DNA of 4,345 nucleotides from a virus (taxonomy: Duplodnaviria > Heunggongvirae > Uroviricota > Caudoviricetes). Below, piece after piece: positions 1-4,345 of the stretch. The position numbers and the translations under genes were made by a program. The stretch lies in IMG/VR virus record IMGVR_UViG_2740892487_000004; one strand, given 5' to 3'. Numbering within the stretch: the stretch's first letter is position 1; every line of letters begins with the position of its first letter. The notes beneath the pieces are model-generated. The model had not been told where the DNA came from. It saw only the letters and a list, made by a program, of their open reading frames with translations, and did no database searches.

Positions 1-635
1 GCGCTGATTTTCTTACGCCGCAGTTCATCGTGACAGAGCCGGGTGTCGTAAGCGCCGTCTGCCGATGCTGCCCTGATTTTTCTGTGAGTCTGCCGGATAA
101 GACCCGGGAAGCTTCTGAGTCCGTCACATTGTTCAGCGACAGGTCTGCACAGATGATTTCATGTGTGTTGCTGTCAACTGCCAGATGCAACTTTCGCCAT
201 ATACGACGGCGTTCTTTGCCGTGTTTTTTGGACTTTCCATTCGCCTTCACCAAAGACCTTCAGCCCGGTGGAATCAATCACCAGATGCGCGATTTCACCC
301 CGGGTGGGCGTTTTGAAACTGACATTAACCGACTTTGCCCGCCTGCTGACACAGCTGTAATCCGGGCAGCGTAGCGGAACGTTCATCAGGGCAAAAATGG
401 AATCAATAAAACCCTGCGCAGCCCGCAGGGTCAGCCGGAATACGCGTTTAATCACCAGAACGGTGGTGATGGCGAGATCAGAATAGCGCTGGGGCCTTCC
501 TCGTGAAGAAGGTGTTGCTGACTCATACCAGGCCTGAATAGCTTCATCATCCAGTCAGAAAGTTATGGAGCCACGGTTGATGAGGGCTTTATTGTAGGTG
601 GGCCAGTTGGTGATTTTGAACTTTTGCTTTGCCAC
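1..635 (-). pseudogene. IS903-type transposase, disrupted (one in-frame stop and two frame changes); C-terminal part lies beyond window start
   Basis: Start candidate GTG 635..633. An in-frame TGA at 557..555 falls at the position of a Trp in the recalled IS903 protein, within the otherwise matching motif F-[W]-LDDEAIQAWYE. The frame then stays open to a TGA at 176..174. The conserved transposase sequence continues only after a +1 shift near 222-232 and a -1 shift near 103-115. Confidence 0.75.
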
Positions 636-712
636 GGAACGGTCTGCGTTGTCGGGAAGATGCGTGATCTGATCCTTCAACTCAGCAAAAGTTCGATTTA
701 TTCAACAAAGCC
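500..712. repeat. Left arm of a 213-bp inverted repeat (IS903-like end), partner at 4135-4345
   Basis: The reverse complement of 4135-4345 aligns with 500-712 with 2 substitutions and 2 single-base indels (about 98% identity by hand alignment). The right arm stops at the window end, so the true repeat is probably longer. Confidence 0.9.
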
Positions 713-1143
713 CCGTTGCGCTTAAAGTTCCGCAGTTAGTTCCCATAGCCACAAATGAGGAGATAATTCCGCGCTTACCTTTTGGCGCATATTCCGCCAG
801 CATCGTACCGGCACCGGAAATTTCCGCACCTGCACCCAATCCCTGAATAATACGCAGCGTCACCAGCAAGATGGGGGCAAAAACACCAATCTGTGCATAG
901 GTCGGTAACACACCAATTAAGGTGGTACAGATCCCCATCATGGTGATGGTAATAAAGAGCACTTTTTTACGCCCTATTCTGTCGCCCATTTTGCCGAAAA
1001 TAAATGCTCCGACAATACGCGCCACATGACCTGCACCGTAGGTTCCCATTGCCAGAATTAACGCCATTGCCGTTGATGATTCAGGAAAAAAATATTTCAT
1101 GAAACACTAACGCTGCGCCGAGCGAATATAACTGGAAATCCAT
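713..1143 (-). pseudogene. ydfJ: MFS transporter (metabolite:H+ symporter family) N-terminal remnant, ydfJ-like; frameshifted and truncated by the IS
   Basis: Track ORF 702..1100 (-) reads MKYFFPESSTAMALILAMGTYGAGHVARIVGAFIFGKMGDRIGRKKVLFITITMMGICTTLIGVLPTYAQIGVFAPILLVTLRIIQGLGAGAEISGAGTMLAEYAPKGKRG..., typical of the N-terminal helices of MHS transporters such as ProP, KgtP and ShiA. Its last residues and stop (704..702) lie inside IS sequence. Upstream in another frame, 1143..1084 encodes MDFQLYSLGAALVFHEIFF, which fits the conserved DF-x-x-Y...FFP motif. The two frames join if the 7-base homopolymer at 1086-1092 were 6 bases. A TGA at 1149..1147 precedes it, so about 40 N-terminal codons are missing. 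The gene symbol comes from recalled synteny with ydfK-pinQ-tfaQ-stfQ. Confidence 0.7.
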
Positions 1144-1748
1144 AATTCACAGGTGTTTTTTTTCCATCCTGTGGTTTCCTTGGCGTTTTCTAGGTTTTTT
1201 CAGATAGTTGCATTTTTTAAAAAGCATCCTAAGTTCGATCTCAGTGTCTATCTGGGGCCTATTTCTGTCCCATATATGCCCAAAAAAAAACTCCCCAACA
1301 GATAAGTAGTTTTTTCATGGATTTATGCGTAAAATCAAGAACGGCTGGAAATCATTCAATACTCACACTATCGAAAAATTTACCAGCCAACCGCAGCACG
1401 TTCTTGCATAAGGCGTGTCTGCGGTTTTTCAACTATTCAGATACATCACTCCCATCACATTCATTCCTCCGCATCAAAGGCATATAGGCTATATCACCTT
1501 GATATTTTTATTTTTCAGATAAAAACTGTTATCTATGTATACTTTTAAACCCAATCCGTGTAGAGTCTCTGCATAAGATAGTTTGCAGTTGCCGCTTCAG
1601 CTTGCGCCATAAACCGCCTGATTTTTGCTGCCACCTGTTAGCATTCCTGTATACCTGAAACGACAATGTTTATCTACGAACTTTAAGAACACCCAAGATA
1701 AAAATTGTCAACTATATCATATATAACACATTACTAATTCGAGGCTAT

Positions 1749-1862
1749 ATGAACAGCATACTGATAATCACATCTCTCCTTATCATATTCAGCATTTTTA
1801 GTCATGCCCTAATAAAATTAGGGATTGGCATATCCAATAACCCAGACAAAACCGATGTATAA
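1749..1862 (+). CDS. Candidate small hydrophobic protein (37 aa, probable single transmembrane helix)
   Basis: ATG at 1749 is preceded by GAGG (1741-1744) with a 4-nt spacer. The product [37 protein letters not shown] has a hydrophobic core and a polar tail. It is below the size cutoff of the supplied ORF track. No homology could be checked. Confidence 0.3.
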
Positions 1863-1930
1863 GTCAACATATCCTGAATCAGACATACAATATCGCAATG
1901 AAAATCAATAATATTTTAAGGAATATCTTC

Positions 1931-2164
1931 ATGAAATCAAAAGACACCCTAAAGTGGTTCCCTGCGCAGCTTCCTGAAGTAAGAATTATCCTAGGGGATG
2001 CTGTAGTGGAAGTAGCAAAACAGGGAAGACCTATCAATACCAGAACATTGCTTGATTACATTGAAGGAAACATAAAGAAAAAATCATGGCTGGATAACAA
2101 AGAATTATTACAAACAGCGATATCAGTTCTTAAAGACAACCAAAATTTAAATGGTAAAATGTAA
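1931..2164 (+). CDS. ydfK: YdfK/YnaE-family small prophage protein (77 aa; family recalled as cold-shock inducible)
   Basis: Track ORF 1898..2164. The ATG at 1931 has AAGGA at 1918-1922 with an 8-nt spacer, whereas the ATG at 1898 has no Shine-Dalgarno sequence, so I favour the 77-aa form MKSKDTLKWFPAQLPEVRIILGDAVVEVAKQGRPINTRTLLDYIEGNIKKKSWLDNKELLQTAISVLKDNQNLNGKM. Its position between a ydfJ-like gene and a pin-tfa-stf module matches the recalled Qin arrangement; ynaE is the Rac paralogue. Confidence 0.7.
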   Translation: MKSKDTLKWFPAQLPEVRIILGDAVVEVAKQGRPINTRTLLDYIEGNIKKKSWLDNKELLQTAISVLKDNQNLNGKM

Positions 2165-2329
2165 TATAATAAACTTACTTTTTTATCATTTTTCCACTTT
2201 AACAACATTTTGCTCCACTTTTCCACGACCAAACAACTTGAAATCTGGTTAAAATAACACGCAACACTATTCTTCTTCCTTGAGTCCGCCCGGAACTCGA
2301 AAAACAAACCGAGTTAAAGCCATTTTTCA

Positions 2330-2343
2330 CAAAATCGATTTTG
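2330..2343. promoter_or_regulatory. Perfect 14-bp palindrome CAAAATCGATTTTG inside a roughly 26-bp imperfect dyad, about 140 bp upstream of the recombinase gene; candidate protein-binding site
   Basis: Direct reading of 2323-2350: TTTTTCACAAAATCGATTTTGGGTCTCA. Function is inferred only from position and symmetry. Confidence 0.25.
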
Positions 2344-2480
2344 GGTCTCACCAAAATTACGGGGTTGCATACGCATTCGTTTATTTTCGAACGTGTACAT
2401 AAAAATATGCACAAAAATAATCAAAATTATTTTCTGAGATGCATTATGATATGAACACCAATTTCGTATAGAGTCTCACT

Positions 2481-3071
2481 ATGTCTCGAATTTTTGCTTA
2501 CTGTCGGATATCAACGCTGGATCAGACCACCGAAAATCAACGCCGGGAAATCGAAAGTGCAGGTTTTAAAATCAAACCTCAGCAAATAATCGAAGAACAC
2601 ATTAGCGGCTCAGCAGCAACCAGTGAGCGTCCTGGTTTTAACCGGTTGCTTGCTCGCCTGAAATGTGGTGATCAATTGATTGTGACAAAACTGGATCGCC
2701 TTGGTTGTAATGCAATGGATATCAGGAAAACAGTGGAACAACTGACCGAAACAGGTATCAGAGTGCATTGCTTAGCATTGGGGGGCATTGACCTGACCAG
2801 TCCAACAGGAAAAATGATGATGCAAGTAATTTCAGCAGTCGCTGAATTTGAACGAGACCTTTTACTTGAACGCACTCATTCCGGGATAGTAAGAGCCCGG
2901 GGCGCAGGGAAACGTTTTGGTCGACCACCTGTGTTAAATGAAGAACAGAAACAGGTGGTATTCGAACGAATTAAGTCAGGTGTAAGTATAAGTGCCATTG
3001 CCCGGGAATTCAAAACCTCGCGGCAAACCATTTTAAGAGCCAAAGCAAAACTTCAGACACCTGACATATAA
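2481..3071 (+). CDS. pinQ: Serine recombinase of the resolvase/invertase family, PinQ/PinR-like (196 aa)
   Basis: Full ORF. The N-terminus [20 protein letters not shown] carries the catalytic-serine motif R-I-S-T-x-D-Q. GRPP at residues 147-150 and a C-terminal helix-turn-helix ([18 protein letters not shown]) are typical of the Gin/Hin/resolvase family. Length and context match E. coli PinQ/PinR as recalled. The Shine-Dalgarno sequence is weak (GAG 2471-2473). Confidence 0.9.
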
Positions 3072-3168
3072 AAAATAATCTCGGTGTGAGATGCTTTACG
3101 TCTTCCAAGCCACCTTCCTTGCCGTAAATGGAAAGATACATCTAATTATAGAATTTATATGTTTTACC

Positions 3169-3744
3169 CTACGGCAGTGCTGGCCATTCAATATCCTGTG
3201 CAGTTGACGTATCAACACGGTTCAGCAATACCCGATACTTTTTCCATGCTTCCAGCAACGAGATTTCTTCCTCCGTTGCAATTTCCAGATCTGCAGCATC
3301 CTGAAGCGGCGCAATATGCTCACTGGCTACCTGCATCAGGCTGTTTTTTGTTTCTTCCGCCTCCCGGATCCGGAACAGTTTTTCTGCTTCCGTATCCTTC
3401 ACCCAGGCTGTGCCGTTCCACTTCTGATATTCCCCTCCCGGCGATAACCAGGTAACATTTTCCGGTAACGGACCGAGTTCAGAAATAAATAACGCGTCGC
3501 CGGAAGCCACGTCATAAACCGTTTTACCCCGATGATCTTCAACGAGATGCCACGATGCCTCATCACTGTTGAAAACAGCCACGAAGCCTGCCGGAATATC
3601 TGGCGGTGCAATATCGATACTGTTTGCTGGCAGACCTGTATGAGGCGGAATATATGCGTCACCTTCACCAATAAATTCATTAGTTCCGGCCAGCAGATTA
3701 TAAATTTTTATGGTCCGTGGTTGTTCACTCATTCTGAATGCCAT
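3169..3744 (-). CDS. tfaQ: Phage tail fibre assembly protein (Tfa chaperone, 191 aa)
   Basis: Full [52 protein letters not shown]..., recognised as the TfaQ/TfaR/TfaE family. Its ATG (3744..3742) overlaps the stop of the upstream tail fibre ORF (TAATG), consistent with translational coupling. Confidence 0.9.
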   Translation of the reverse strand: MAFRMSEQPRTIKIYNLLAGTNEFIGEGDAYIPPHTGLPANSIDIAPPDIPAGFVAVFNSDEASWHLVEDHRGKTVYDVASGDALFISELGPLPENVTWLSPGGEYQKWNGTAWVKDTEAEKLFRIREAEETKNSLMQVASEHIAPLQDAADLEIATEEEISLLEAWKKYRVLLNRVDTSTAQDIEWPALP

Positions 3745-4133
3745 TATGCAAGCCTCACAATATAGTTAAATGCGATGTTTTTGACGGTGTTTTCCGCGTT
3801 ACCAGCAGCGTTAACGGTGATGGTATGTCCATGTGAACCAATCGCAACGGAGTGCGTATGAGCACCAATACCGACAGTATGTGCGTGTGCACCTGCGCTT
3901 GCAGCAGTACCCGATACAGAGTGCGTATGAGCGCCTGCAGAAGAAGTGTTAACACTGTATTTAGAATAATCAGGTGATCCACTTCCCGGAGCACCACTGG
4001 AACCACCTGAAACAAATGTCATCGAATGGGTATGTGCACCGGCTGAAGCAGCCGTACCGCTAACACTATGGGTATGCGCACCAGTGTTATTCGTGGATTT
4101 AGTGCCGTAATCAAACGACGATGTGGTTTTCGT
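3744..4133 (-). pseudogene. stfQ: Side tail fibre protein, C-terminal 129-codon remnant; 5' part removed at the IS junction
   Basis: Track ORF 3744..4223 (-). Residues 31-159 ([37 protein letters not shown]...[11 protein letters not shown]) are typical of the lambdoid side tail fibre C-terminus with His-x-His repeats. Residues 1-30 ([30 protein letters not shown]) are encoded by 4223..4134, which is IS903-like terminus sequence, so there is no native start. Confidence 0.8.
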
Positions 4134-4134
4134 C

Positions 4135-4345
4135 GGCTTTGTTGAATAAATCGAACTTTTGCTGAGTTGAAGGATCAGATCACGTATCTTCCCGACAACG
4201 CAGACCGTTCCGTGGCAAAGCAAAAGTTCAAAATCACCAACTGGCCCACCTACAATAAAGCCCTCATCAACCGTGCTCCATAACTTTCTGGCTGGATGAT
4301 GAAGCTATTCAGCCTGGTATGAGTCAGCAACACCTTCTTCACGAG
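4135..4345 (+). mobile_element. IS903-like insertion sequence, partial copy B, inverted relative to copy A; runs off window end
   Basis: 4135-4153 is GGCTTTGTTGAATAAATCG. GTG at 4212 opens [21 protein letters not shown], then the frame breaks at TAA 4279-4281: copy B lacks one base relative to copy A in GGAGC-CACGG and another in CAGG-CCTGG. Confidence 0.85.

Larger units (their letters stand above)
1..712 (-). mobile_element. IS903-like insertion sequence (IS5 family, IS903 group), partial copy A; runs off window start; tnp-proximal terminus at 712
   Basis: Positions 694-712 are the reverse complement of the IS903 terminal repeat GGCTTTGTTGAATAAATCG as I recall it from Tn903-derived kanamycin cassettes. 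Minus-strand translation gives [11 protein letters not shown]...LDDEAIQAWYESATPSSRGRPQRYSDLAITTVLVIKRVFRLTLRAAQGFIDSIFALMNVPLRCPDYSCVSRRAKSVNVSFKTPTRGEIAHLVIDSTGLKVFGEGEWKV...RIWRKLHLAVDSNTHEIICADLSLNNVTDSEA...IRQTHRKIRAASADGAYDTRLCHDELRRKKISA, which I recognise as IS903-type DDE transposase. The DNA is close to, but not identical with, canonical IS903 as recalled. Confidence 0.85.

Noticed and set aside
30-374. Plus-strand ORFs 30..374 (114 aa) and 163..360 (65 aa)
   Set aside because: They lie antisense to the IS903-like transposase sequence, which is clearly the real coding frame. The products are Cys/Arg-rich with no recognisable features.
500-712. The 213-bp inverted repeats as gix/hix-type boundaries of a Gin/Pin invertible tail-fibre segment
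   Set aside because: The repeats are IS903-like termini and encode the transposase N-terminus; copy A continues as IS sequence for at least another 500 bp. Crossover sites for serine invertases are about 26 bp, not 200 bp or more.
1317-1487. A 56-codon ORF starting at ATG 1317 (MDLCVKSRTAGNHSIL...)
   Set aside because: No Shine-Dalgarno sequence, an unremarkable composition-driven product, and it lies in the AT-rich leader; far weaker than the 1749-1862 candidate.
1560-1569. Repeated 9-mer TAGAGTCTC at 1560-1569 and 2467-2476 as a possible shared operator
   Set aside because: Many exact 9-mer repeats are expected by chance in a 4.3-kb window; no flanking symmetry.
2056-2414. Minus-strand ORFs 2056..2307 (83 aa) and 2199..2414 (71 aa)
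   Set aside because: They are antisense to the 3' end of ydfK and to the AT-rich intergenic region, Phe/Lys/Asn-rich as expected from AT-rich DNA, with no ribosome-binding site or recognisable domain.
2672-2875. Minus-strand ORF inside pinQ (67 aa)
   Set aside because: Antisense to a well-supported recombinase gene; no independent support.
3072-3168. Bidirectional rho-independent terminator between convergent pinQ and tfa
   Set aside because: Only a weak 4-bp stem (TCTC...GAGA at about 3079-3091) without a flanking T-run; not supportable from sequence.
3159-3765. ORFs 3159..3455 (+), 3399..3680 (-) and 3532..3765 (+) overlapping tfa
   Set aside because: Alternate-frame or antisense ORFs within the tfa coding region; the tfa frame has clear family resemblance and full length.
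3755-4015. Minus-strand ORF 3755..4015 (86 aa, Leu/Val-rich)
   Set aside because: Alternate frame of the tail fibre remnant; the HxH-containing frame is the recognisable one and is the frame that overlaps the tfa start.
3840-4090. Short direct repeats (GAGTGCGTATGAGC and CTATGGGTATG[CT]GCACC type) as a possible CRISPR or minisatellite array
   Set aside because: They are the DNA image of the repeated GAHTHS peptide motif within a coding frame, with no regular spacer-repeat periodicity.

Overview
The window reads as the edge of an Escherichia coli Qin/Rac-type cryptic lambdoid prophage, bracketed by two inverted, partly decayed IS903-like insertion sequences. All identifications rest on recognised protein motifs and recalled synteny; no database search was run, and percentages are hand alignments. 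Left to right: (1) 1-712, IS903-like element running off the window start, transposase on the minus strand and disrupted, terminus at 712. (2) 713-1143, N-terminal remnant of an MFS (metabolite:H+ symporter family) transporter, ydfJ-like, minus strand, cut off by the IS and carrying a frameshift in a T7 run. (3) 1144-1930, an AT-rich, ORF-poor region containing a candidate 37-codon hydrophobic small ORF. (4) 1931-2164, ydfK/ynaE-like small protein, plus strand. (5) 2481-3071, PinQ/PinR-like serine recombinase, plus strand. (6) 3169-3744, tail fibre assembly gene (minus), whose start overlaps the stop of (7) 3744-4133, a 129-codon C-terminal remnant of a side tail fibre gene with His-x-His repeats. 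(8) 4135-4345, second IS903-like copy, inverted relative to the first and running off the window end. No rRNA, tRNA or CRISPR array was seen. The most notable structure is the composite-transposon-like arrangement: about 3.4 kb of prophage tail-fibre and recombinase DNA between inverted IS copies that truncate both flanking genes.
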